64,000 bases of DNA from an uncultured virus (IMG/VR IMGVR_UViG_3300027815_000008) (Duplodnaviria; Heunggongvirae; Uroviricota; Caudoviricetes). Below are positions 1 through 9,439 of this stretch, piece by piece. The stretch's first letter is position 1. Each line of letters opens with the position of its first letter. A model generated the notes under the pieces. It did not search any database and was not told the DNA's origin. It saw nothing but the letters and a program-made list of their open reading frames with translations. The translations under genes and the position numbers were made by a program. The stretch lies in IMG/VR virus record IMGVR_UViG_3300027815_000008; one strand, written 5' to 3'.

Positions 1-1
1 T

Positions 2-1210
2 TACGTGGAGATCGAGAACGAAGGTGTGGAAACGCTGCCGTCGGTAAAGGCCACGCCGGATATGCTATTCGGCATACAGCTACGCGACAAGCAGATAGAG
101 GCTATCGACAAGCTGGTCGAGGTCAAGCGCTGCATATTCGACGGGATCACCTCCTCCGGCAAGACCGAGGTGATGGCGGGTGTTATCAAAGCGCTGGGCA
201 TGCCCAAGACGCTGGTACTGATCAAGGGCATCCAGCTGATGAGCCAGACCGCCGAGCGTTTATCTCTACGCCTGCAGGCAGAGGTTGGCCTCATTCATGA
301 GGGCACAGCTGAGTTCGACGCGCAGGTTGTAGTGTGCTCTATTGACACGCTTGCACGCAGACTCGAAGATCAGAAATTCGCACGGTGGCTCGAGACGGAG
401 GTGAAAGTCGTCTTTGCGGACGAATGTCACCTGGTACCCGGCAAGACGTTTTCAACGTGTCTGGAAGCCGTTGGAGCCGCATACCGCTACGGCCTTTCTG
501 CCACAGCGCTTGACGTGGATAACCAGCTTGCCAACCTGACGCTGATAGGGCAGACCGGTGAGATCGCGGCACGTATCACTTTTCAGGACCAGATCCAACG
601 CGGCCTGATCGATATCCCGAACATCTTCTTCAAGACGGTGGGGGGATTCAACGAGCTAAAGCACCATGACAAGAATGATGACTACCTCTCGGCCTACAAC
701 GAGGGGGCTATCGAGCTGGGGCAAAAGAATGCCAGCATAGTAGACGACTGTCTGTGGTTCGCCGCGCATAAGCTGCCGACCCTAATCCTTGTGGAGAAGC
801 GGCGGCACGGACGGCTTATCCAGAGCAACCTGCAGGCGGCTGGCTTGCGCTCACGGTACATGGACGGCAACACCAGCGTTGATGCGCGGCGCGGTGCCGT
901 CAGAGAGTTCGCACGGGGGGTTCTGCAGGTCATTGTTACGACGCGCATATTCAACGTCGGGGTGGATATCCCGGCAATCAAGGCCATTATCCTGGCAGAC
1001 GAGGGCGTCACGCCCCGTAAAACCATTCAGCAGGTAGGTCGTGGGATGCGTATTACGCCGGGCCTGCCCAAGGTGTTGTACGTGCGGGACTACGTAAACC
1101 AGACCTGCCAATACTTGCTGGAGCACAGTCTTGCTCGGGTACGTGTGTACAAGGGCACGAAGGCGTACGTGGTGCACAAACGGGATACGCCGCTAAAGTG
1201 GGTCGCGTAA
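2..1210 (+). CDS. SF2 DEAD/DEAH-box helicase (UvsW/ResIII-like), 5'-truncated by the window
   Basis: Motifs DGITSSGKT (I), FADECH (II), LSAT (III), IFNVGVDIP (V), QQVGRGMR (VI); frame open to the window start. Confidence 0.9.
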   Translation, partial: YVEIENEGVETLPSVKATPDMLFGIQLRDKQIEAIDKLVEVKRCIFDGITSSGKTEVMAGVIKALGMPKTLVLIKGIQLMSQTAERLSLRLQAEVGLIHEGTAEFDAQVVVCSIDTLARRLEDQKFARWLETEVKVVFADECHLVPGKTFSTCLEAVGAAYRYGLSATALDVDNQLANLTLIGQTGEIAARITFQDQIQRGLIDIPNIFFKTVGGFNELKHHDKNDDYLSAYNEGAIELGQKNASIVDDCLWFAAHKLPTLILVEKRRHGRLIQSNLQAAGLRSRYMDGNTSVDARRGAVREFARGVLQVIVTTRIFNVGVDIPAIKAIILADEGVTPRKTIQQVGRGMRITPGLPKVLYVRDYVNQTCQYLLEHSLARVRVYKGTKAYVVHKRDTPLKWVA

Positions 1211-1227
1211 CGCAGGGAGAGGCAGCT

Positions 1228-1884
1228 ATGACGCAAGACGAGAAGAACATCGTGGCCCTCTCGCGGGCGTACTCCACTATGGTAGCGCGGTGCATCGGGC
1301 GGGAGTACCCAGCACTGGCCATACGCAACCCACGGGGGGACAAGAACTGGCGCTACTTTGAAAGCTTCTACTGCATGTTGAAGTACAAGGGCATCTGGGA
1401 TGAGCACGAGATATTTCTTGCTGCGCAGTTCGATAGCCTGCCGAGTAAGTTTCGCTTTCCCTACCCCAACATGCTCTACGGGTACACGGCCTGGTCGAAG
1501 TACGACGCGTACAAGGCAAAGCGTAAGAGGCGCATACCGGAGTCCGACTACAAGTCCGTACGCGCCGTGGGATACAAAGAAATATTCCTCGCATTCAAAC
1601 AGTCTGCCTACAACTTCCGAAAGTACCGCAGCTTCGGGTTCTCGAACTTCGAGATGTACAAACTATTCCCGGATCAATTCACGGTGTATTTCATTGCCGT
1701 TGACCCGGACGTACGCCTTCGGCTTAGCGGGGATAGTGACACCGATCGCTTCAGTCCTGCGGTCAAGAAATTCTACAAGAGGCTCTGTAACATGAGGTCT
1801 TTACGCGGCAAGCTCGACGCTCTTTGGCAAGAGCTCGTCACCAATCAGGGCGCTAACACTGGGCAGAGGGGGTCTAATGTCTGA
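1228..1884 (+). CDS. Hypothetical replication-associated protein
   Basis: ATG 1228 after GGGAGAGG; lies between the two helicases and overlaps the next gene. Confidence 0.7.
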   Translation: MTQDEKNIVALSRAYSTMVARCIGREYPALAIRNPRGDKNWRYFESFYCMLKYKGIWDEHEIFLAAQFDSLPSKFRFPYPNMLYGYTAWSKYDAYKAKRKRRIPESDYKSVRAVGYKEIFLAFKQSAYNFRKYRSFGFSNFEMYKLFPDQFTVYFIAVDPDVRLRLSGDSDTDRFSPAVKKFYKRLCNMRSLRGKLDALWQELVTNQGANTGQRGSNV

Positions 1885-3493
1885 GTCCGGGGAAGAGAAG
1901 CCCGAGAGCGATACCACGGAAGAGAAAAAAGGGAACGCGCCGACACACGCAGTAGAAGACTACACCCCCGACACCTACACGTACTCAAAGCCCTTCGTCA
2001 AGCGCATCTTGGCGATAATGGTGCAGGACCCCACCCTCCTTGCCAGCCATCGCCGTATTTTGCGGGCCGAGTATTTCGAAGACGTGCACCAGAGGGTTCT
2101 GGCCAACCTGATCCTCTCTCACTTTGATGAGCACTCGAGCACACCCGATTGGGGTGTGCTCGACAACTACGTGAAGAGCCACATCGCAGAAAATCCCAAT
2201 TATGGTGGTTCTGCGATACTCGAGAAACTCGCACGTAATATCTTCGAGCTGGCTGTTCTGGGGCAAGTGGGGCACATCAAGGCAGAGATAGTCATATTCG
2301 GCCGGCATCAAGCACTCAAGCGCATGTACATCGAGGGCTATGCCCGCCTGGGTCAGCCGGATGCTTTCGATACCGCCCTGGAGCATGTATTACAGGCTGT
2401 TGCTGTCGGTCAAGATGCCGATAAGTGCGGCACTGTCGTCTTCACGCCCGATGCGATCAAAGCACGCAGTATATGGCGTAAAAACTTCAAGGTACGGCGC
2501 GTACCTACTGGGTTGGCCGAATTGGATGAGAGACTTGATGGCGGTGGTGGGGGCGGTGAGGTTCTGATGCTTGTTGCGCCTACCAACTCTGGGAAGAGCA
2601 CGCTTGCCGTGAACATAGCAGTGGGGGCCGTCGAAGCCCGACGAAAGGCGCTGTACTACACGTTCGAGCAGAGCGCGAATAAGATAGGCACGAAGATGGA
2701 CTGCAAGGTTACAGGCAAGAACACATCCTGGTTACGCGCGCATAACTTCGAGGACGTATCTGCAGTGCCCGCGATGGCCAGGTTCATTCAGAACTATGAA
2801 CACAACATGGTGGTGGAGTGGTTCGAGCCGGATACCCACACGATCAACGACATTCGAATGAACCTGTCGGTGTGGAAGTCCAAGGGCTTCATCCCAGATG
2901 TTATCATCATAGATTCGCCGGATTACATGGTGCCTGCCGTACCAATTCGCGATGAGTGGCAGGCTCTGGGAAACATTTACAACGCGATCTTTACCCTGGC
3001 GAGTGAGCTGGACATCCCAATCTGGGTGACCAGCGACACAAAGCAATCCGCCTACGGTAAGGCGCAGACCTCCGTCAAGGACATTGGAAACTCGTACAAG
3101 AAGGCACGTAAGGTGGATGTGATTATAGCTGTAGGCGCTACCGAGCAGGAACACGCGGCAGGGTTCATCCGACTTTACCTGGCCAAGGTTCGAGATGGTG
3201 GTTCAAAGGGTCATCCTATCCTGGTGAACATGAACTGGGCTACGTCGTCGTGGACCACGGCCGTTACTCCTGAGGAGATGCTCGACCGCGTAAAGGAGTT
3301 CAAGGAGGCGCAGGATAAGCTGGACGGCCTCAATCATGCCGATGAGGCCATTATTGGTGCTGGCTGGAAGAGCCCAACAGAAGAGGCCGAAGAGGACGCA
3401 AAGAAGGCTAAGGCAGCGGCAAAGGCCGCGAAGAGGTTGGAGAAGCAGGCGGCTAAACCCCCCAATAAAGAGGAGGAGGTGGGCACGAATTGA
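1877..3493 (+). CDS. Replicative DNA helicase, DnaB/T4 gp41-like
   Basis: Walker A APTNSGKST, YYTFEQ, IIIDSPDYM, LYLAKVRDG; directly upstream of the primase. Confidence 0.88.
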   Translation: MSESGEEKPESDTTEEKKGNAPTHAVEDYTPDTYTYSKPFVKRILAIMVQDPTLLASHRRILRAEYFEDVHQRVLANLILSHFDEHSSTPDWGVLDNYVKSHIAENPNYGGSAILEKLARNIFELAVLGQVGHIKAEIVIFGRHQALKRMYIEGYARLGQPDAFDTALEHVLQAVAVGQDADKCGTVVFTPDAIKARSIWRKNFKVRRVPTGLAELDERLDGGGGGGEVLMLVAPTNSGKSTLAVNIAVGAVEARRKALYYTFEQSANKIGTKMDCKVTGKNTSWLRAHNFEDVSAVPAMARFIQNYEHNMVVEWFEPDTHTINDIRMNLSVWKSKGFIPDVIIIDSPDYMVPAVPIRDEWQALGNIYNAIFTLASELDIPIWVTSDTKQSAYGKAQTSVKDIGNSYKKARKVDVIIAVGATEQEHAAGFIRLYLAKVRDGGSKGHPILVNMNWATSSWTTAVTPEEMLDRVKEFKEAQDKLDGLNHADEAIIGAGWKSPTEEAEEDAKKAKAAAKAAKRLEKQAAKPPNKEEEVGTN

Positions 3494-4527
3494 GAAACCT
3501 GGATAACCTGGAACATTACCTGGAGGATACATTCGGGGCACCACAAGTCTATGAGGGTGGGGATGAACATGTGTACGACTGCCCTTTCTGCGAGGGCTCG
3601 CGCAAGCTGTGTATCAACCTCAAGAAGAGCGTCGTTCACTGTTGGACATGCCCGTTCGGGTCGTCTCTGGCCTATTTCATTGCCCGCTGGGAGAATGTCC
3701 CTGTTGCCCAGATAAAGGCCGCTCTGCGGGGGCGCCAGTTACTGGCGTTTCGTTACAAGAACATCCTGAAGGATGACGAGGACGGCGATGAGGAGCTAAT
3801 CAAGCCAACTGCGGTTGACTTGAGCTGGTGGACGGACGAGTTCCAGGACCCTCTCGTGCCGAAGACGCCCATGGGGCGTAAGGCGCGGGCATACCTCCTT
3901 GGAGACGACCGCAAACTCACCGAGGAACAGATATTCAGTTACCGCATCAGGTATGCGGAGAATGGGCGTTACCGGGGCCGTATCATGGTTCCGGTAATCG
4001 AGAAGGACGAGGTGGTTTACTTCGTCGCTCGTGACTTCTTGGGACGCGACCCGAAGAGGAAGTACCTGAATCCGAAGAACAACGAGGTCGGTAAGACCGT
4101 GGGTCAGGTTCTATTCAACTTTGAGCGTGCCAGTCAACATGACGTTGTGATACTGGTGGAAGGCGCGTTCGATGCTATGGCCGTGGGGGCTGACGCAATG
4201 GGTATCCTGGGAAAGGTGGTGACGCCGTCAAAACGCAAGAAGCTACAGGATGCTGGCGTAAAACGCCTTGTGGTGATGCTGGATAAGGACGTGTCGGCCA
4301 AGGAAAAGCGGGAGCTGCGTGAGGGTCTTACTGGGTGTTTCGAAGACGTTCGATGGGTCCACATCACCGGGGATAAAGATCCCGGTGCGCGTAGCTACGC
4401 TCAGAACCGCGAACTCATCCGGAAGGCTACAAGAATGGGATTGCAGATCCCAGGTGAAATAACCTTCCGCGGGTCGGCGTCTGTACTTGCTATCGTCAAG
4501 GGGGGAAGGCGAGATCGTGTCTGGTAA
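3490..4527 (+). CDS. DNA primase (Zn finger + TOPRIM)
   Basis: CPFC...HCWTC Zn finger, GRIMVPV, KYLN, LVEGAFDAM, MLDKD, KDPG. Confidence 0.9.
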   Translation: MRNLDNLEHYLEDTFGAPQVYEGGDEHVYDCPFCEGSRKLCINLKKSVVHCWTCPFGSSLAYFIARWENVPVAQIKAALRGRQLLAFRYKNILKDDEDGDEELIKPTAVDLSWWTDEFQDPLVPKTPMGRKARAYLLGDDRKLTEEQIFSYRIRYAENGRYRGRIMVPVIEKDEVVYFVARDFLGRDPKRKYLNPKNNEVGKTVGQVLFNFERASQHDVVILVEGAFDAMAVGADAMGILGKVVTPSKRKKLQDAGVKRLVVMLDKDVSAKEKRELREGLTGCFEDVRWVHITGDKDPGARSYAQNRELIRKATRMGLQIPGEITFRGSASVLAIVKGGRRDRVW

Positions 4528-4867
4528 GCGGAAACGTCCACAAAGTGTCGATGTTGACTTTGATGATGGGCAAGACGACTTGGATACGTATGAGGACTTA
4601 CTCGAGCCGGACTTGGACGAATTCATTAATTTCGACACGCTCAACCGGTTCTTCAAGACCATGTTCAGTGCGGAGCACATAGAGCGTACGAAGCCGCTAC
4701 CCTGGGCTTCATTAGGCCTGTCGGGGCCAGTGGACAGGGCTACGGCCTGTGCGGCCTACCGGAAGGCCTCTGCCGCGGCACACCCGGATCTCGGGGGGAG
4801 CCACGAGAAGATGGTGCAGCTGAATCAAGCGTGGGAACAGATCCAGCTGGAGATGGGCTGGGAATAG
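4517..4867 (+). CDS. J-domain (DnaJ-like) protein with acidic N-terminus
   Basis: AYRKASAAAHPDLGGSHEKMVQLNQAWEQI contains the HPD motif; GTG 4517 is the probable start. Confidence 0.8.
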   Translation: MSGKRKRPQSVDVDFDDGQDDLDTYEDLLEPDLDEFINFDTLNRFFKTMFSAEHIERTKPLPWASLGLSGPVDRATACAAYRKASAAAHPDLGGSHEKMVQLNQAWEQIQLEMGWE

Positions 4868-4884
4868 GTACCTGGAGGGATATT

Positions 4885-5397
4885 GTGAAGGTGTCCGAAA
4901 TCATTCGAAGGGCCCGGTCCGCACTCAGTATGCCTATCAAGTACAAAATGGGCTCTGGAGGCATGGATCCGACTGCAGCTTCTCCTGCAGGGGTAGACGG
5001 GGCATGTGACTGTAGTGGTTTCATCAGTTGGGTACTTGGGGTCTCCCGAAAGACAAAAGATCCGCTGTACCTGCGCGTTACAGGCGGCTGGCGCAATACC
5101 GATGGGATGGCCATAGACGCCAAAGAACCCGGGGGCATGCTGACGGTCATCCCTGGGGCACGCGTGGGCTGCCTGATGGTTTACGGCAAGGGCTGGCGGG
5201 GCGCTTATGTGGGCCATGTTGGCCTTGTGACGGATATATGGCCCCCGCCAGAGAATATGCCAGCTAATGCTCGGAGAGTTATTCATTGCGCTAGTGGGCA
5301 CAGGATTATGGGCAACGCAGTGCAAGAGACTGCCCCCGCAGCCTTCTTCAAACGAAACGCCATTTATGCCTGGCCTGACTTCCTCATCGAGGGTTAA
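4885..5397 (+). CDS. NlpC/P60 (papain-like) cell-wall hydrolase
   Basis: DCSGFISWV catalytic Cys, GHVGLV His, VIHCA; GGAGGG upstream of GTG 4885. Confidence 0.75.
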   Translation: MKVSEIIRRARSALSMPIKYKMGSGGMDPTAASPAGVDGACDCSGFISWVLGVSRKTKDPLYLRVTGGWRNTDGMAIDAKEPGGMLTVIPGARVGCLMVYGKGWRGAYVGHVGLVTDIWPPPENMPANARRVIHCASGHRIMGNAVQETAPAAFFKRNAIYAWPDFLIEG

Positions 5398-5435
5398 TCA
5401 GCCTCTAAGTACTTCGAAGTAAACTGGAGACCCAA

Positions 5436-6359
5436 ATGAATATCACCCAACCGTTTCTTGCTGCCAAAGACCCCGCTGAATCGGATCTCAAGTTCCCGTT
5501 GGCTGTCTCCGACAAGCGCGACGGTCTGAGGTGCATAGTGGGGGACCTACCACAGTACGGCCCCTGCGGTCTGAGTCGGAACTTTACTCCCACCCGCAAT
5601 AAGTACGTGGCCAAGAGCGTCGGAGAGCTCTTCCCCACGGACTTCGATGGTGAACTCCAGGTCAAAACTGAACGGGGTAAGGAGGCGGCCTTCAGGGATA
5701 CCGCTAGCGGCATACAGGCCTTCGAGGGAGAGCCCAATTACATATTTTCGGTTTTTGACTGGGGCTATAGCTTGACGGAACCCTACGAGCGCCGCGTGGA
5801 GAAGATCAAGCGCTGGTTCGATACTGAGGCTGGTCCCGAAGCCAGGCTCCATGGGGCCGTCCTGGACTTTACGATCGTAAAGAACATGGCCCAGCTCCTG
5901 ACCGCGGAGAGGAAGGCACTGGCAGCAGGGTTTGAAGGGCTGATCTTACGGGACCTTACCGGGGTGTACAAGTGCGGGCGCTCAACACTGCGGGAGGGGG
6001 GAATGATTAAGTGGGTGCGAAAGCAACGTTTTGAGTGCGCGGTGGTCGGCTTTGTAGAGGAGATGGCCAACAACAACGAGGCCCAGAAGAATCCGTTTGG
6101 CCGTACTAAGCGCTCCAGCGCCAAAGAGAATAAGACCGCGAAGAATAGGCTGGGGGCCCTCAAGGTCAAGATGGTAGAGGCGCCCCACACCGAGTTCGAG
6201 GTGGGTACGGGCTTCGACGCGACACTCAGGCAGCAGATTTGGGACGATCAAGATAGTCACCGCGGTTCGATCTGCACCATCGAAAGTCGACCCTATGGAG
6301 GCTACGACTTGCCCCGGTTCCCCGTATTCATAGCGTTCCGAGACCCTAGCGACATGTGA
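5436..6359 (+). CDS. ATP-dependent DNA ligase
   Basis: KxDG adenylation motif DKRDGLRC, FDGEL, FEGLILR, FEVGTGF, PRFPVF. Confidence 0.92.
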   Translation: MNITQPFLAAKDPAESDLKFPLAVSDKRDGLRCIVGDLPQYGPCGLSRNFTPTRNKYVAKSVGELFPTDFDGELQVKTERGKEAAFRDTASGIQAFEGEPNYIFSVFDWGYSLTEPYERRVEKIKRWFDTEAGPEARLHGAVLDFTIVKNMAQLLTAERKALAAGFEGLILRDLTGVYKCGRSTLREGGMIKWVRKQRFECAVVGFVEEMANNNEAQKNPFGRTKRSSAKENKTAKNRLGALKVKMVEAPHTEFEVGTGFDATLRQQIWDDQDSHRGSICTIESRPYGGYDLPRFPVFIAFRDPSDM

Positions 6360-6368
6360 GGGCAGAGC

Positions 6369-6878
6369 ATGGAACATGAGCGGTCCAACTTCTTCTTGAA
6401 CCTCAAGGAGTACATCTGGCAGTTCTGGTGGTACTTCCGACAGTGGTGGCGCCGCGAGCCACATCTGATAGTCGGTAGCTTAGGAACTGTCTACCTGCAC
6501 CGTTGGTGGCTGATTCCTCGCAACCCTATCTTCAACGCGTACGCGCACCTCTTCATCAGCCCGGATGAGGATCGGGCGCTCCACGACCATTCTTGGGTGT
6601 CCCTCTCAATCGTATTGCGAGGGTCGTACATGGAGCTCACAGAAACCACCAAGCAGCACGTTATGCAGCGGAGGGCGTTTGGACCAGGCTCTATCATCTT
6701 TCGTTGGCCCACGTGCGCACACAGAATAGACCTCTATCCGGAGGAGGCGTCGGGGAAGTTCAAGCCGGTGTGGACACTGTTCTTGACAGGACCGAAGTGG
6801 CGAGAGTGGGGCTTCCTGTGTCCGCAGGGCTGGGTCCACTGGCGCAAATTCATGAGGCAGGACGGGTGCGGATCATGA
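6369..6878 (+). CDS. Cupin-like phage protein
   Basis: DEDRALHDHSW...SIVLRGSYME...HRI...WTLFLTGPKWREWGF pattern. Confidence 0.6.
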   Translation: MEHERSNFFLNLKEYIWQFWWYFRQWWRREPHLIVGSLGTVYLHRWWLIPRNPIFNAYAHLFISPDEDRALHDHSWVSLSIVLRGSYMELTETTKQHVMQRRAFGPGSIIFRWPTCAHRIDLYPEEASGKFKPVWTLFLTGPKWREWGFLCPQGWVHWRKFMRQDGCGS

Positions 6879-7525
6879 AAAAGAAACTCGGGTACGTGAT
6901 CATCTTTGAGGCGAGTAAGTTGGTGGAAGACCCAGGTCCGGTCGAGCCTTCGGTTGAGCGTCTGGGCCGCACGGGGCACGAGAAAGAACGCCTCAAGGCC
7001 ATCGAGGGTCAGATCGCCTTACGGGCCGAAACATATGGACCCGAACGTCGTCGTGGGGACCCAATCATTTCCTGGAGCAAAGAAGGCGCGGGTCCGCACC
7101 GTATTCAGGTCAAGGTGTTGGTACAGGTAGAGTTTCCTCCGCTCAAGGCCTAGGTGGGGAGCATGATCCTGCACTTCCAACCAGACTGGGGCCTACAGGC
7201 TCATGGTGCTCAACCCGATGGTAACGCCGCTTGTGGCGTGTGGGGGACGGTCACACGAGAAACTAACGCGGTGAACTGCCGTAAATGCTTCAAGAGCCCC
7301 GACTTCAAACGGGCCCACCACGCTACGTTGGTCAAGATCGAGGCAGAGAATGCGCACTTGACCTTGTTGGTGTTCAGCGGCATTGATCCGAAGCTCTTCG
7401 ACAATAACATCGAAGAGATCAAAGCCGACCTGGAGAAGTCCGGGCTGTTGAAAGCCGCAGAGAGGCTGAAGTTCGAGGTTAGAGACAGGGTCAGCAAGCT
7501 CAAGAAACGGACAGGGCAAGTTTAG
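6875..7525 (+). CDS. Two hypothetical proteins (6875-7153 and about 7163-7525)
   Basis: ATGA overlap at 6875; contiguous with the operon. Confidence 0.55.
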
Positions 7526-7703
7526 GGGGCGTATCGATGTGGCGCTGCAAATGGTGTTCGTTGACAGATCTATGGGGACCAGACGAGACCGACGGGACAC
7601 ACGAGATGCATGAGGCCATTCATACCCTGGCGGAAAGTATTTTTAGTCATGGGACACATGAGAACCGTGACGAGATAAAGAAGCTCACGGAGGTGTCGGA
7701 GAA

Positions 7704-8576
7704 ATGAGCATCACTAGCAAAATTATCGCCGACTCAGTCAACCCCTGGGGTATACGGCTCACCAGTTTCATCCTAACGTACTCTCGGTACATTCATAGTG
7801 AAATTGGGACCCACAGGGTCTTCAGCCGTAGTTCTGCCAGCTCCCGGGCTATCCCCTTCAAGAAGTCCGTGGAGGCCGTGATGACAGATCCGGCAATCCC
7901 GGTCCAATGGGGGGTCACTGCTCGGGGCATGCAAAGCAAGACTTCTCTTGAAGGAGATGCTGCGGAACAAGCCCGGGCAGCTTGGCTTTCGGCCAGGGAT
8001 GACGCTGTAAAGAACGCTGAAGCTATCTTCGAGAAGCACAAGCTTCACAAGCAGCTGATCAACCGCTTGTTAGAGCCGTGGGCACACATGACCACACTAC
8101 TCACAGGGACGGAGTTTCATAACTTCTTCGCGCTGAGAGCTAGCCCGGAAGCCCAACCTGAATTCGCAGCCCTGGCTTTCAAAATGCTTTCCAGATACCT
8201 GTCCTCCACTCCCAAGCAGCTGGCTTGGGGCGGATACCATGTACCTTTTGGGGATCGAACCGAAGGCTTGGATATGGGCATACAGCTCAAGGTGGCCACA
8301 GCCAGAGCTGCCCGGGTGTCGTATCTGACGTTCGAGGGTGATGCCTCCGTCGAGGATGACTGCCGGTTACATGACCAGCTCTTGGAGAGCGGGCACATGT
8401 CTCCATTTGAGCACGCAGCCCAAGCTAAGCAAGATGCCACACCATCCAACTTCGGGGCTCATTCGGGCTGGAATCAATATCGCAAGCAATTCCCATTAGA
8501 GACCAAGAGAGACGTGGACTTGAAAGCAATCCTGGCCACCAAACCCTCATGGATTGATCTCGAAGATGGAGAGTAG
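7704..8576 (+). CDS. thyX: Flavin-dependent thymidylate synthase
   Basis: HSEIGTHRVFSRSSASSRAIP, HKQLINRLLEP, NFFALR, ARVSY, HMSPFEH; phage-type ThyX. Confidence 0.9.
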   Translation: MSITSKIIADSVNPWGIRLTSFILTYSRYIHSEIGTHRVFSRSSASSRAIPFKKSVEAVMTDPAIPVQWGVTARGMQSKTSLEGDAAEQARAAWLSARDDAVKNAEAIFEKHKLHKQLINRLLEPWAHMTTLLTGTEFHNFFALRASPEAQPEFAALAFKMLSRYLSSTPKQLAWGGYHVPFGDRTEGLDMGIQLKVATARAARVSYLTFEGDASVEDDCRLHDQLLESGHMSPFEHAAQAKQDATPSNFGAHSGWNQYRKQFPLETKRDVDLKAILATKPSWIDLEDGE

Positions 8577-8733
8577 CCCCATCCCGGACCCCCTCACAAT
8601 GCACTGTGACACGTGTGGGGCAGTGCCTGGGGAGGCCTGTAAGAACCCCAGGAAGCCCTGGCTTGCGGCCAAGCCACATTGGGTTCGCTGCGACGCTGTC
8701 AAGAGATTGGCAAAGCGGCTAGAGCGGGAATGA
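8566..8733 (+). CDS. Small Zn-finger protein (55 aa, below the ORF-track cutoff)
   Basis: Translated by hand: ...HCDTCGAVPGEACKNP...PHWVR. Confidence 0.55.
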   Translation: MESSPIPDPLTMHCDTCGAVPGEACKNPRKPWLAAKPHWVRCDAVKRLAKRLERE

Positions 8734-8809
8734 CCTGTGGGTGAGTCTGGTATAAGCCCCCAGTGCTCGTACTTTCACTGTTCAAAAGGAGTTGCCTGAA
8801 AGGAGCCTC

Positions 8810-9439
8810 GTGCGAACGTATGTAAGCGATTTTCTAGCCCTGCGCTGTTCAGGCGACATCCTGAACACGGCACCGCGGCTACACAAACCGGAGAAAGAGA
8901 TCTCAGAGTCAATGACTCTGATCCAGAAGCTCCGGGGTATTGCCATGGACCGGCCCATGGTCCGGTCTTTGGTGGATGTCTGTGCTGGGAACAGCCTGAC
9001 GTCGATAACGTCAGCGTACTTGCTGCCCTATCTGTGGGCGTATGCGTTTGAGCTACGCCCCCGGAAACTACGTAAAGATGTCGCCCGCTTCTCATATGAG
9101 CAGGCTGATATCCATCGGGCTGCATTCGGGGATAAGCTCAAAGCCATCCCTGAAGAGTTTGCATTGACAGCCACCCACGCTTGTGGGGACCTGTCCAGGC
9201 GAATCGTGGATCTCTATCACGAAACACCCAACTGTAAATGGTTGGCAATAATGCCCTGCTGCGTAGGCAGTGCCAAACTGCCCAGGGCACCGGGGGAGCC
9301 TATGTGGCAAGTCAAGTTCGGGGGCTACGCCACCTGGGCGTATCGAATCGCACATTATGCCAAGGGGGATTTTTACCAGGACGAAAAGTGCCTGAGCCCG
9401 GCCAACGCCGTGGTTTGGGCTCGAAAAGAGGACAAGTAA
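8810..9439 (+). CDS. SAM-dependent methyltransferase (Methyltransf_32-like)
   Basis: VDVCAGNS motif I, THACGDLS, IMPCC; AAGGAG before GTG 8810. Confidence 0.7.
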   Translation: MRTYVSDFLALRCSGDILNTAPRLHKPEKEISESMTLIQKLRGIAMDRPMVRSLVDVCAGNSLTSITSAYLLPYLWAYAFELRPRKLRKDVARFSYEQADIHRAAFGDKLKAIPEEFALTATHACGDLSRRIVDLYHETPNCKWLAIMPCCVGSAKLPRAPGEPMWQVKFGGYATWAYRIAHYAKGDFYQDEKCLSPANAVVWARKEDK

